Shown: positions 1 through 14,015, numbered from the stretch's first letter. The stretch: DNA of 64,000 bases from Octopus sinensis (GCF_006345805.1 NC_043011.1:64554464-64618463); one strand, 5' to 3'. A program made the numbers and translations. The notes: generated by a model not told the origin, from the sequence alone.

Positions 1-1400
1 TAGCCACACACATCGTGACTGACAGTTTCAATAACGTTAACTGGTCAATTACCGAAATATCTAATCTTCACAGAAATATACGAAGACTATTGACAGTGCA
101 TAGAATGTACCACCCTAAGGCAGATACAGAACGACTTTATCTGCCATTAAAAAGAGAGGCCGTGGACTTTTACAACAAGATATAACAATGAAGATTGCTT
201 CAATTGGCCTAGACACCTACCTGAAAATCTGTGAGGACTGGATTTAAAAACTTGTCTCAAAACATGAAAACAAGAACGGATCACTTTCAGTAATAAAACA
301 GGCAAAGGAATATCTAAGTGAATTCCGAATACGACAAATTTCAGAATTAGACATACAAGAAACAAGCACAGAAAAAGCAAAGCGGATGAAAACACGTGCT
401 AAAACTGCGGCCTTAGATATTCTGAATAATATATGGCAAGAAAACCCTCTCTATGGCAAATACTCAAAGAGAGCCTATAATGCAGATGTTGACAAAGCCC
501 TGACCCACCAATGGCTAATGGCCTCTAACTTAAAATCTTAAACAGAAGGGTTATTATAACAGCTAAAGATCAAAGTCTACCAACAAGAAACTACCAGGCC
601 AACATATTAAAGAACGGCAGTAGTCCAACATGTCGTGTATGTCAACAACGGAATGAAACCATTTATCTTGTTGCATCCAAATCCAGTCTTCTAGCGCCTA
701 CAGAGTACCTCAATAGCCATGATAGAGCTGCACAAAATAATCACTGGGTAATTTGCAAGAAACTGGATTTGCCACATGAAAAGAACTGGTAGGAACACAA
801 AACACCCAAGCGCTTGAAAATGACCACATCTCACTCTTCTGGAACTTCACCTTTCAAACTGATAGAAAGATAGATTCAAATAGGCCAGACATCATATTGA
901 AATACTTCAGACAAAGAACAAGCCACCTCATTGATATTACTGTCCCAATCGATATAACCGTATCTGTCAAGACCTACCAAAACTGAGCAAATATAAAGAA
1001 CTTGATATAGAAATCAGCAAAATGTGGAACCTGAAGACTAGAACAACACCTGTTGTCATAGGTGCCCTGGGAATGATAGCAAAAGGGGCTGATTGCTACC
1101 TAACACAGATACCAGGAAACCCCAAAATGGCAGAAATTCAAAAGATAGTGCTCATGGGAAGTGCTCATATCCTACGCAAAATACTTTCTATGTAATCTCA
1201 AGGTTGAAAACAAACATAATTCTCGGTTTTTTTTTGACATTCACTAGCAAAACACAAAAAAAAATAAAACAAATATATGCCACATTAGGCATAACAACAT
1301 CATGAACTTCCAAGATGTTGTCTCTTGAGTTTTCTGGGTGAGACTTGGAACCACTTGAACAAATATAAAGCAAAAGTCAAACGTAGAATGAAAAATAAAT
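1..1400 (+). mobile_element. R4/Dong-like non-LTR retrotransposon (family 1), decayed 3' part
   Basis: Zinc-knuckle-like CRVCQQRNETI, REL motif RPDIIL..LIDITVP, C-terminal AHILRKILSM*, a 3' UTR and an (AAT)n tail. Contains stops and frameshifts. Confidence 0.9.
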
Positions 1401-1508
1401 TATAATAATAATAATAACGACAATAATAATAAAAAAATAATAATTATAATATTAATAAAAAAAAATAATAATAATAATGATAATAATAATGATGATAATC
1501 ATAAGGAA

Positions 1509-1563
<55 letters not shown>

Positions 1564-1574
1564 TTATGCAAATA

Positions 1575-2400
1575 TAAGAGAGTGTCTACTAAATAGATCC
1601 GCAATGGTCTCAACCACCAAGAATTGTTCCCATGGAGATTTAGCACAACTATGAACGTTAACGAGCAGGAAAAATAAAAATAACAAAAATGTAGATTCAT
1701 TCTAGACATTTCTCTCGCTGTTAATGGATTATGCACTGTTACTTACATAATAGTACTGCAGCTCTTCAGTAGAATTTGTCGTGAATACAATTTACTGAAC
1801 CGCACGCCAGGTTTTGACATAAAGAGAAACACTGACGTGTATCAGTCTATTATATTATGATACGAATGCCCTCGTTATAGAGCGCAAAAAATACCCGGAA
1901 ACAAATACTGCATAAATAATTTACTTCAGTATAATTAAAATGAAAAATAAGAATGAAAAAATTGTATATTAATTTAATAATAACATCAATTTAACACCAA
2001 GTGGTTTAGCGCATAAAAACCGGGGATAATTAAAAATTAATAGACAAATATAAGAGGGTGTCCACTATGTGGTCGCTTTGCGCTAAAGTTAGATCCGCAA
2101 TGGTCTCAACCATCAAGATTTGTTCCCAAGGAGAATTAGCAAATCTATGATCGTAAACGATCAGGACAAATGAAAAATATCAAAAATGTAGATTCATTCT
2201 AGACATTTGTTTCGATGTTAATGGAATATGCAATTTTACTTACATGGTAAAACTGCAGGTCTTCAGTAGAATTTGTCGAAGTGGCTTAGCGAATAAAATC
2301 CTGGGATACAGTAAAAATTAATACACAAATATAAGAATATATTTCTTTACTTTTCTAAAGGTGTACCACTTACTAGCGTTTTTGTATTTTGATTTTTGTT
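1575..2400. repeat. Repeat family H in partial tandem units (related to the 57.5-59.2 kb array)
   Basis: 1590-1790 is repeated at 2090-2278. The head motif aagtgg(t/c)ttagcg recurs at ~1999 and ~2279. Alignable along its length with the reverse complement of the 535-bp unit. Confidence 0.75.
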
Positions 2401-2414
2401 CTTTTTTAGAGATC

Positions 2415-2480
<66 letters not shown>

Positions 2481-2494
2481 GAATTATATAATTA

Positions 2495-3095
<601 letters not shown>

Positions 3096-3171
3096 ATTAA
3101 TAATGAAAATTATAGAAGTGATACTGATATAAGTGAATAATGATTGACAAAAAATGTTCTTCGATTTCAAG

Positions 3172-3271
3172 GTTACGTCGCAGCACATTTCTGCTATGTT
3201 ACAGCGATAACAACATGTCGTGATTCTATGATAAAATATCCTTTAAGAAACCCGGATCTACACTATTGCGA
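3172..3271 (+). CDS. Copy A coding exon 2 (G)YVAAHFCYVTAITTCRDSMIKYPLRNPDLHYC(D)
   Basis: Acceptor ttcttcgatttcaag|GT, donor TGCGA|gtaact, 100 nt and open. Paralog of 33920-34019. Confidence 0.8.
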
Positions 3272-3504
3272 GTAACTATGCTTGTTTTCGACGATTATTT
3301 CTCTTATTTTTCTACATTAATTTATAATTAATAATAATTGAACTTTTCCTGTAGGTTGTAATATTATGCCTTGCTCTTCATATTAATTTGACATAATGTG
3401 TTTGGGTGTGCTTTTGTGCGTATGTGTATATATATATATATATTTATTTATATGTATTTATGTGTGTGTGCGTTTGTGCGTGTATATATATATTCTGATT
3501 TTGA

Positions 3505-3560
3505 TTTTGATTTTTCCAGTTTCAGCTAATGAGCTGTGGCCATGATGGGGCACCGCCATT
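3505..3560 (-). mobile_element. 3' tip of CR1-like LINE (absent from copy B)
   Basis: The reverse complement aatggcggtgccccatcatggccacagctcattagctgaaac matches the 3' end at ~39903-39945. Confidence 0.75.
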
Positions 3561-5410
3561 ATATATATATATATATCTATATATATATATATATATATGT
3601 ATATGAAAATCTTGAATATACATAAGTGAAAAATAAAATAATACTTCAATAATTAAATACTTTAAAATGAAAAAAAACACAAAAGGCTATTGCAAGTTAT
3701 TAAATTGTAATCAAATAAAGAAATGTTTCAAATATAGACAAACTCTTTAAATACTTATATTTAATAAATATACCTGTTTTGTATCTATAAATTTTTATAT
3801 ATGAATCTATAACAAAATTGACTAATATCAAATAATATAATACCTAATTAACTTAAATTTAGTATTACAAATGCATAATCCACCTATATATCAATATATT
3901 ATGTAGCATATTATAATTTATATATATATATATATAAATATAATATCGAGAATAATATGTTTCCTATCAAACCCAAATTAAAGAAAGGTGCTAAAATATT
4001 AGAACCATAGGACAATACACTATGAAAATGTATAATCACAATAACCAGTCCTCTGCCAAACCATTCATTAACAATAACAATAATAAAACTACCAAAGTCG
4101 AAATAATAGCAAGAACTAACTAATATTCATAATCGAACTAAATTACTAAGTTCAACGATTCTGTTAATCTATCTACATTTTCAAATGATAAACTTCTAAT
4201 TAATCAACTCAATCGATTCCATTCATGAAAAATACTATCAAAAATTTGAAATAGTACAATAAACCCAAATCCATTATATAAACTCGCTATTTTAATATCC
4301 ATGTTTAATATCTATAGATTTAATATTTCACACGATAAAATAGTTAATCATATACGTTATATTACAATAAAAACTAGTTTATTTAAAAATAATACTACTT
4401 AATGAAAATATTATCTAATTATTATAAAACATGTATTCTAACAATATTAATTCTCAAATTAAATAATATGTAAAACGTAAAATCTTTTATAACAATTAAA
4501 CATTGGACGTAAAAAAGACTATCAAGAAACTATTAATATATAAAAATATTACATCAAACAATAATAATATCAACAATAATAATAATTTCAAACACACAAC
4601 GGTTCAATATTCAAATGAAATAGAGAAACGATAAAATTCAGACTTAGCTTTTGCGAAGAATGAAGAGTAACTGATTTTTAAAAGAAATAAATAGTTAACG
4701 CGTTTATAAATAATCGCGTAGATACATTGTGCAAAGAAGGTGAAGAAATCCTCAATGAACCTGGCGAAACTTTGCAAAATAAAACATTCCTAAATATCGT
4801 TTATAAAGTTTTTCGCGTGGAATTCAATAAATACTCGATGAACGTGGCGAAATTATTATCAACGAAAAATACAAAAACACGAAAAAACTTAGTCTCATAT
4901 TCTAAATAATTTGAGAAAATCACAACTTATGGAGAAACTAATATAAAGACACCCAAATAAATATAACAAACACCTATTATTATATCAATAACAAAATAAA
5001 CCCCTGTTAAACAATGACCCCCCTAAAAAACACAAATCCAACGTAAAGGAGAAAAAAACATTACTGTGTTAATTTGAGATAATCACTAGATTATAAACGT
5101 AAATAATAATACTTAGCGTCTATAAGAACTCGTGGAGACGTTGCAAGGGAAAATAGAACATAACTATTAATGAAAAAGGCTAAAAGAAAATTATTAATGG
5201 AATACGGGAATTATCTAAACTTCATGAATCAAATAAAATTAATAAAAGTAGTAATAGTAAAATAGTACATGAAGAATTACTTGTTCATCATCACTACACG
5301 GATCCTATAACAAGCCATACCTGATTATAAATATTATTATCATTAAAATTATATTAATTAACATAATAATTAACGTTATTAATATCATTATAAATAATTA
5401 CCATCACTAG

Positions 5411-5460
5411 GTGTATGGAAAACACTGGGCAAGAAACGGACGAAAATTTGAAGAAAGAAG
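5411..5460 (+). mobile_element. Last 50 nt of an R4/Dong-like family 4 3' UTR at a deletion junction
   Basis: ggtgtatggaaaacactgggcaagaaacgg matches 42003-42056 and 45903-45957. Confidence 0.85.
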
Positions 5461-5501
5461 GAAAAATAATAATAATGATGATGATTATAATAATAATAAT
5501 G

Positions 5502-5549
<48 letters not shown>

Positions 5550-5557
5550 GTAATAAA

Positions 5558-5589
<32 letters not shown>

Positions 5590-5697
5590 TAACAATAAAA
5601 ATAATTATAGTAATAATAATAATATTAATAATAACAATAATAGGCAAAATATTAATAATAGTAATAATAATAATAATATTAATAATAAAAAGAATAA

Positions 5698-5728
<31 letters not shown>

Positions 5729-5875
5729 AATAACAATAACAATAACAATAATAATAATATTAACAATAACAATAACAATGATAATAATAATAATAATAAT
5801 AACAATAACAATAGCAATAATAATAATAATAATAACAATAACAATAACAATCACAATAATAATAATAATAATAAC

Positions 5876-5913
<38 letters not shown>

Positions 5914-5996
5914 TGATGATGATGTTGATGATGATGATGATGATGATAATGATAATAATAATAATAATAATGTCAATAATAATAATGGTGATGATG

Positions 5997-6041
<45 letters not shown>

Positions 6042-6076
6042 TTAATAATAATAATTATAATAATAGTAATAATAAT

Positions 6077-6124
<48 letters not shown>

Positions 6125-6133
6125 TATAATAAA

Positions 6134-6204
<71 letters not shown>

Positions 6205-6442
6205 TAATAAAAATAATAATGATAATAATAATAATGATGATGATGATGTTGATGATGATGATGATGATGATAATGATAATAATAATAATAATAATAATGT
6301 CAATAATAATAATGGTGATGATGATAATAATAATAATAATAATAATATTAATAATAATAATAATAATAATATTAATAATAATAATAGTAATAATAATAAT
6401 AATAATATTAATAATAATAATTATAATAATAGTAATAATAAT

Positions 6443-6487
<45 letters not shown>

Positions 6488-6505
6488 TATAATAAAAATA
6501 ATAAC

Positions 6506-6573
<68 letters not shown>

Positions 6574-6595
6574 TAATAAGAAGAAGAATAATATG
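5461..6595. repeat. 1.1-kb (AAT)n-derived tract containing a ~320-bp internal duplication
   Basis: The GAT-rich interruption gatgatgatgttgatgat...gtcaataataataatggtgatg occurs at ~5910-6000 and ~6235-6325. Confidence 0.95.
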
Positions 6596-8855
6596 GTTGA
6601 TATATCTAACAGGAATGCAGAAAAAGGTGGCTGAAAAATTTAACAACATACTGGCAGTGCCACAGATAATGCCTGAATGGCTCACGAAGTGGAAAACCAT
6701 CTTTAATTCCTTAATCCACTGAGAGGGCAAAAACAGAAAAATTAAAAATCCTAACCTGTCTCCCTACAACGTACAAAGCATTCACTGCAGAAATATGACA
6801 AATATTAAACAAGCACCTAGACGATAAAAACCTGTTTCCAGAAGAGCAGAAAATGTGCCGAAACGGCTCATATGGCTGTACAGATCAACTAATGATCAAT
6901 TTAGCCATCAAATAATGATTAATAAAGCCATAACTGAAGACAGCCACAGAAAGAAGAAAGGTCTCAGTATGGCCTGGATTGACTAAAGAAAGGCGTTTGA
7001 TAGGAATCCCCACACATGGATCCTTGAAAATCTACCCTTGAACAAAGGAGCACCAACAATTATAAAATTCATTGGACACTCTATGAATAAATGGGAAACA
7101 GAGCTACGGCTCCAAACAAAAGAGGGACTCATGAAAACCAAAGCCATCCTGATTTGAAGAGGAATATTCCAGGGAGACACGCTCTCTCCACTTCCTTTCT
7201 GCTTGGCACTGTCACCTCTATCTGATATACTAAATAGAACTGGATGTGGATATAAATGTTACGTCAAAACGATCAGCCACCATTTATATATGGATGACCT
7301 AAATCTATACGCTGCAAATGACAAACAGCTGGAAACACTATTAAAGACAGTTCATGGATTTACCAAAGAAATAGATATGAAATTTGGATTAGAAAAATGC
7401 GCCAAAGTAACCATGGAAAGAGGAAAACTAGTTAAGAGTAACAACATCACACTAGATAAAACCAATGAAATAAAAGAATTAGACCAAAGCCAAACTTACA
7501 AATACTTAGGTATCCATGAACTAGATAAGACACAACACACACAAATGAAAGAGAAAATAAAAAAAGAATATCATAGACGAGTTAGATCAATACTAAAAAC
7601 AGAGCTCAATGCTAAAAACAAGATAATAGGTATCAACACTTTAGTCGTCCCAGTTCTGTTACAACGAAAAAATTCTTAACTGTACACTAAATCATCTGAC
7701 CAAAATAGATAGGAAATCAAGAAAAATAATGACAGGATCTAGGATGCATCACACAAAATCTGACATAGAAAGGCTGTTTATACAACGTATAGATTGTGGT
7801 AGAGGCCCGATACAGCTGGAAAACTAATATAAAATAACCACCATAGGACTGCAAAAATATCTACTTCAGACTGCAAAAATACCTACTTCAGAACTGATAC
7901 AAATATCGGCAAAACACGAGCTAAGCAAGAAACTGTTCTCTGCATTTAAGGAAGCTGTCAAACACAAACACGTAATCATACCACCTAACAAATATGAAGA
8001 AGAAGAAGAAGAAGATGAAGAAACAACAAAAGCTATAAAACAAATAAAATCCAAACTAAAACTAAAACAGCAAAGAACCCTGATATATCGATGTCAAGAA
8101 AATATAATTCATGGTAAATTCTGGACTAAACCAAATGCAAAAGCTCAGGACTCAACGCAGAAACAGAGGGATTTTTAATTGCAGCAAAAGACCAAAGCCT
8201 CCCCTCCAGAAATTACCAAACAAATATAATGAAAAGAAATATTACAAGTAACTGCAGAATATGTGGAGATGGACAAGAAACAATAAATCATATTATCTCC
8301 GGCTGCCCAGTCCTGGCTAAGAAGAAATATATTCACAGACATGACAGAATTGGAACCTACATACACTGGAAGCTATGCCAACATTATGGAATAACAACAG
8401 AAAAAAGATGGTATAGGCACACACCAGAAATTCTGAAAGAAAACGAGAAAGCAACCATACTCTGGGATATGCCGATACACACAGATAGAGACATTAAGGC
8501 AAACAGACTAGATATAATTGTCAGAGATCATGAAGAAAAAAATGCTTTCTAATTAATGTATCAATACCAACAGATGACAACGTGTCTCTAAAAGAAATGG
8601 AGAAACTCTCAAAATATAAAGACCTGGAAATAGAGGTAACCAGAATGTGGAATCTAAAAGCAGAAACAATTCCTATCATAGTAGGTGCATTAGGCATGAT
8701 AAAAAAAATGTTCAGACAAATACATAACAAAAATACCAGGACTTACAAACACTTATAACATACATAAATTTGCACTACTAGGCACTGCACACATCCTACG
8801 CAGAATACTTTCCATACAATAACCATCACAGCATCACAACAAATCACAGCACATA
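6596..8855 (+). mobile_element. R4/Dong-like LINE (family 2), 5'-truncated and decayed
   Basis: RT motifs GIFQGDTLSP and HHLYMDDLNLY, CCHC CRICGDGQETINHIISGC, REL NRLDIIVRD. Confidence 0.92.
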
Positions 8856-9219
8856 CTACTACGTCATCATCGACCACCAAATTAAATCAAACCAAGATTG
8901 TCCTTGCAGATATTGAAATCTGACGGAAAGAAAATCGGAAAATATGCTGCCAAGCACTTTTGCCTAGCATGCAAACTATTCCCCGCCCTTCGTAGCAGAA
9001 ATAATATCAGCGATTTATAAAGTTAAAATTTCTTTGATCGACACTGTTAGACTACATAAACAATATCCACAGAATATACAATATTGGCAGCTGTTTTGAA
9101 AAGGTATTGTATATAACATATATTGTGATTTTATATTAAATACGTTAAAAATTATATATGAAATATTTTAGATATATCACATTTTAACTTTATCTGGCAA
9201 TCTGCTATTTTTCTTTTAG

Positions 9220-9401
9220 TCGATTAAAAGCTTTCAAGGATTGTTACAAGAGGAAAGTGTCTTCGTGTGCGTCAAAGAATGAAATATCTCAGAATCAATT
9301 TTGGAATTTATTGCGAGTTAAGGATTCCATCGCTTGTTACCGAGGCAAAGATTCTCAGTGTGTTTCTGCGATCAGACAAATTATTTACAAAAGTTTCTGT
9401 G
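9220..9401 (+). CDS. Copy A coding exon 3 (D)RLKAFKDCYKRKVSSCASKNEISQNQFWNLLRVKDSIACYRGKDSQCVSAIRQIIYKSFC(G)
   Basis: Acceptor tttttcttttag|T, donor TGTG|gtatga, 182 nt and open. All 5 Cys conserved with copy B. Confidence 0.88.
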
Positions 9402-9590
9402 GTATGACATTTTAATTAGTTACAATATAATTTCGAGAAATGTTGTATAAGTTGGAATCTCATGCAGTAATAATAATTGCACTGGGAAAGGCTTCGAGTT
9501 TTCAATAAGTGTAAATATTAGCTGAAAATAAAATCGTATTTAAGAATACTTACGCAGTTAGCCATTAGAATAATCACAGCAACTGAAATT

Positions 9591-10325
9591 ATTATTTTTT
9601 ATTCATTTATTTTACTTTATTTTATTTAGTTTCAGCTCACGAGCTTTGGCCATGCTGGTGCACCGCCATTTGGTGTTGCTACATGATTTTACTTCATTAA
9701 TGCTTTTTGCAAATGCTATCCGGTGCATGTGAAAGTTCGATGCATCTGCCCTCATCTGCACCTCCTGCAATGAAGTTGGTTCATCTGGGACACCTGACAA
9801 GAAGAGATCCAGTTTAATTTTAAAAACATCTTCTTCCACCCCATGCAGGTCTCGCAGGTTCTTCGGGAGGATATTGAATGGTTGTGGGCCTCTGAAGCCC
9901 AGGCTATCACAGTATCTTGTCCTACATTTTGATGACAAACTTGGAGTCATTGGCAATATGCAATGGCGCCCAGTTCTGGCATTTGCGTAACTCTCGATGC
10001 CAAAGTTTGGGACCAGTCCTTCCAGGATCTTCCAGATGTATATTATGGCATATCTCTCTAGCCTACACTCTTAGGAATAGAGTTGCAATCACTTGAGTCT
10101 TTCCTAATAGCTTATATGCTGCACAGAGGCTATCTTCTTCGTGTAACTTCGTTGGATCGCCTCAAGTTCTGTGATTAAATTGACACTGGATGGTGACCAT
10201 AGCTGAGAGCAATAGTCAAAGTGGCTTGGGACAAGTGTCCTCCGGTCGACCATCATGGTTTCCAGGTCTCTTGTTCTAAAGGTTCTAAGAATCCATCATG
10301 GGCAGCCGCCTACATTTCATTGCCA
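9591..10325 (-). mobile_element. CR1-like LINE 3' fragment inserted in intron 3 of copy A only
   Basis: Reverse-complement match to 39260-39960. The empty site in copy B is at 56221-56226. Confidence 0.9.
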
Positions 10326-10824
10326 TCATCACAGTTTTATAAAGTAATTGTCATTAAGCGATAATATAACAAATTCTCGCATTAGGTTTTTGAGATTTAA
10401 TGGGGCATTGTTTGGAAAGCCAGTCCTCAGCAAATAATCGAAAATTAACTGAAACCCAAACTTTCTATTAAATCTAGCATTTAAATATAGCCCCAATCCT
10501 CCGCATTTAAAGTTCTTGCGTGCTGGTAGGAAGTGATGGAATGCCGCGTCAGCTGATACCCGTGTGTTTCACGTAAGGATTTTATAAATTTTATATCTAT
10601 ATATTTATTTGTTTTTTTTTTGTTTGTCAGTTTCACAACACATCAAATATTTGAGTTTTATGTTGAAACATGAAGAAATTTAAAGATCATTCCACGCAAT
10701 ATAGGATCCAATAAACCTATCTAGAATTAGGTAATATCAGTGAAATATTGCATCGATCTCATTCTAATTGTGTTATATTAAGACTCTGACACCGACTTCC
10801 AAACACATCATGAAGACGTCACAA

Positions 10825-11175
10825 TGACGGTAGAACAATCTAGATTATCAACGTTCATACACCTAAAGAGGTATTCTCTAAGAAATAGTAGTTTATGGTG
10901 AAAATACTCTATCGTAAGACGTAGTGAGGCACTGGTATCACCTTTTCAGGTTTGGTGAGAAATCGGTTGAAGCTACATTGATTCCTGGACGACCATATAC
11001 AACCATAGGTGACGACACCATTTATAAAATGGAAGACACCATTTCTGAAGTATTGGCGACTTAATTCTCGGGAATTCCTCCAAGAAGTGTTCATAAATGT
11101 AAGAATGTAGGATCCATGGACAACTAATCACGTCCATTTGCATTTGCGGAGGGCGCCTGCATGATGGATTTTCCT
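10825..11175 (+). pseudogene. Decayed mariner-type transposase N-terminal (HTH) fragment
   Basis: The frame ...FGEKSVEATLIPGRPYTTIGDDTIYKMEDTI resembles mariner F.SG..S.ED..RSGRP.T..T.E.I..V. Clearer in the paralog at 60597-60950. Confidence 0.6.
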
Positions 11176-11370
11176 GATACTGATATGTGTATATATACAT
11201 ATAGATATATTTACGTACAAACACACACACACATATATATATTCGCTCCGACATTCGAAACTCGATTACTATGATCACATCATTTTTTTATTTTCTCAAA
11301 ATAAAAACATATATATATACGTATATATGTATACACAAACACACATACACACACTCACACACACACACAT

Positions 11371-11419
<49 letters not shown>

Positions 11420-11508
11420 AGTCCTGTGAAACACAAATATCTAACGTATATTTCTACTTTCCCTTAGTTTTATAATAATTTTACACCATATTATTTCTTT
11501 TTCTGCAG

Positions 11509-11552
11509 GACCTCACTGGGATGAAAGTAAGAATCTTCAGAAATACGACTGA
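11509..11552 (+). CDS. Copy A terminal coding exon (G)PHWDESKNLQKYD*
   Basis: Acceptor tatttctttttctgcag|GA, phase match to exon 3, TGA at 11550-11552. AATAAA at ~11815. Confidence 0.85.
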
Positions 11553-11928
11553 GCCACTGTACCTTCAGTTTATGAGTATGGTTTCAATGAATACCATTAG
11601 AGTAACACAGCTGAAATATCACGTGCTTTTCGGTTAATACTGCCTATAATATCACAATGAAGCAGATATGTATCACTTTAATAATCCTCGCACTGGCGAT
11701 TAGAACTTCACCTTTGTAAAAGACTGATGGTAAATATCTTTAAAACGAATCCTAATTAACTGTGCAATATCATGGCAGATCTTAATGAAAATTTGTGAAA
11801 ACGATCCAGTAGGCAATAAAATACGATTTCGTTACTAAAACATTCATATGACTATTATTACATTTTATGTGTTCATACATGATGCAAATCATTGCAAAGT
11901 ACGTGTACAAACACATACACACACACTC

Positions 11929-11984
<56 letters not shown>

Positions 11985-12019
11985 AAGGGTGAAAAGGAAC
12001 ACACGAGTTGATATATATG

Positions 12020-12163
12020 AAAAAACAAGTCAAAAATAGAAAATGCTAAAATAATTTTATAGTGAACATGTCAGTACCGGTTTCGAAAAGGTCTCGAAAT
12101 GACCGAAACCGGTACTGAAATGTTCACTGTAAAATTATTTTAGCATTTTCTATTTTTGACTTG

Positions 12164-12169
<6 letters not shown>
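12020..12169. repeat. Near-perfect hairpin with ~66-bp arms and an 18-nt loop, inside (TA)n
   Basis: 12020-12085 is the reverse complement of 12104-12169 with about 2 mismatches. Absent at the equivalent site in copy B. Confidence 0.92.
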
Positions 12170-12231
<62 letters not shown>

Positions 12232-12439
12232 TTAGGGAGTAAATCGAAACTTACAGAGAAAAATGTGATTTGCCTAATAATGGTTTTATCTCTAATTTAA
12301 TATTATATATATATATTTATATATATAAGATAAAATGAGGCTGCCATGCGTTGTACACCGAATATTATCAAAACAAGTTTAACAGCAACGCCGGATAACA
12401 ATCAATATCCAGAAAAACTAAATTACGAATACTTATTTC

Positions 12440-12630
12440 TTTATTGCCCACAGATACGACAAACAAGGACCCAGGAAGGGATTAAGTCGATTATATAGAT
12501 CCCAGTAATTAACCGGTACTTCTTTATTCGTCCCCGAAATGATGTAGTTCAAAGTCGACTCTGGCGGAATTTCAACTCATAACGTAACATTAGACGTAAT
12601 TCCACTAGGCATAACAAATATTGCCTGAGA
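12440..12630 (-). mobile_element. tRNA-derived SINE (second family), decayed
   Basis: The reverse complement has a B-box-like gagttgaaattcc followed by gtcgactttgaactacatcatttcgggg. Mostly deleted in copy B (~62255-62300). Confidence 0.6.
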
Positions 12631-12800
12631 GTAAACAAAAACGAGACGGAAGAACGAGCGAATTACATTCAGGTTCTGAATATCATTTTCAATTAAGTAG
12701 ATATATTGCAATTACCACAATTATCTACATTAGAAATACTTCTTTTATTTTAACTAATATTCTAACATATATGTATGAACGCACACACATATATAATGCA

Positions 12801-12912
<112 letters not shown>

Positions 12913-13494
12913 TATATGTGTGGGGGGTTGTATGTATATATCTATATATGCGTGTATGTATATGTATATATTATCGTATATATCTGTTTGTGTGTGTGTG
13001 AAATTTGCTGAAGAACAAATGATGAAGACAAGTGTATAGACAGCAGAGAGGTATATTCGTTTTAACTTCGGCAAAGCGAGGAAATCTTTTATGTTTCGAG
13101 CCTACGTTCTTCGAGATAGTAGTTAATCAAATACATCCTCATAGACATACGTCTATAACATTATCTGCAAAAAATTCATGATGCATTTACAATGATTGGA
13201 GAAAGTGTTTTCACATACAAATGAAATACCTTTCAAAATCTGTGAACCGATTGTTAATAACTCCCTATGGGATACTTCATATATATTATTTTATATCCAG
13301 TGAGTATTTGGGGGTTGAGTGTTTTCATTTGTCGAATTTTCGAAAGCACAGATATATTAGGGCTAATACATAATACGGAAATTGTATTTGTAATGATATT
13401 AACCCTAAAGGGCTACGTGTATCTATACCCCAGTGTCAATATCTTAGTATGCGCTGCTCTCTCACAATGATGCCGATGATGATGATTATAAGGA

Positions 13495-13657
13495 AGCAAA
13501 CAAGAAGAAGAAGAAGAAGAAGAAGAAAAAGAAGAAGAAGAAGAAGAAGAATGAGAGGAAGAACAAGAAAAAGAAAAAGAAGAAGAAGAAGAAGAAGAAG
13601 AAAAAGAAGAAGAAGAAGAAGAAGAAGAAGAAGAAGGAGAAGAAGAAGGAGAAGATG
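13495..13657. repeat. (GAA)n microsatellite (paralog at ~63025-63205)
   Basis: Direct inspection. Confidence 0.95.
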
Positions 13658-14015
13658 AAGAATGATAATAATTATATTAAATGGGGATATCACGACCATT
13701 TCGGTCGAAGAAAATTAAGATCTTATGGGAATGTTCAAGAAATTAGAAAAGTTATCTCTTATATATACACAAAAAAAATGGAGAAATACACCTTAATCAA
13801 TAATCAACTACCAGATAAGGTGTATTTCTCCATTTTCTTATTTTGTATTATCAATTTGTGGTAAAACATTTTAACTTTGCCCATATAATACGATAAATGA
13901 ATTAATTGCATCGCAATTGATAACATTTATGTATAAACGTTGTGGGGTGCTTTACTCGCAGTATATTGGATATATGTAATCCCAAGGTGGGTTGCACTGA
14001 CAACTCCTATCTCAA

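Noticed and set aside
3103-3135. ATGAAAATTATAGAAGTG as an alternative signal-peptide start (MKIIEVILI)
   Set aside because: In-frame TAA after 9 codons in both copies. The 27528 exon explains the N-terminus.
5354-6730. 400-460 aa ORFs of poly-N, poly-I and poly-L
   Set aside because: They are translations of an (AAT)n tract between two LINE remnants. The same applies to all YI, poly-R and poly-V ORFs from (TA)n, (GAA)n and (TAC)n.
8905-9105. Extra exon candidate before exon 3 (cag|ATATTG...AAAG|gtattg; paralog 55583-55773)
   Set aside because: Stops in all frames, frameshifting indels between paralogs, and no phase match to exon 3. Exon 2 already joins exon 3 cleanly.
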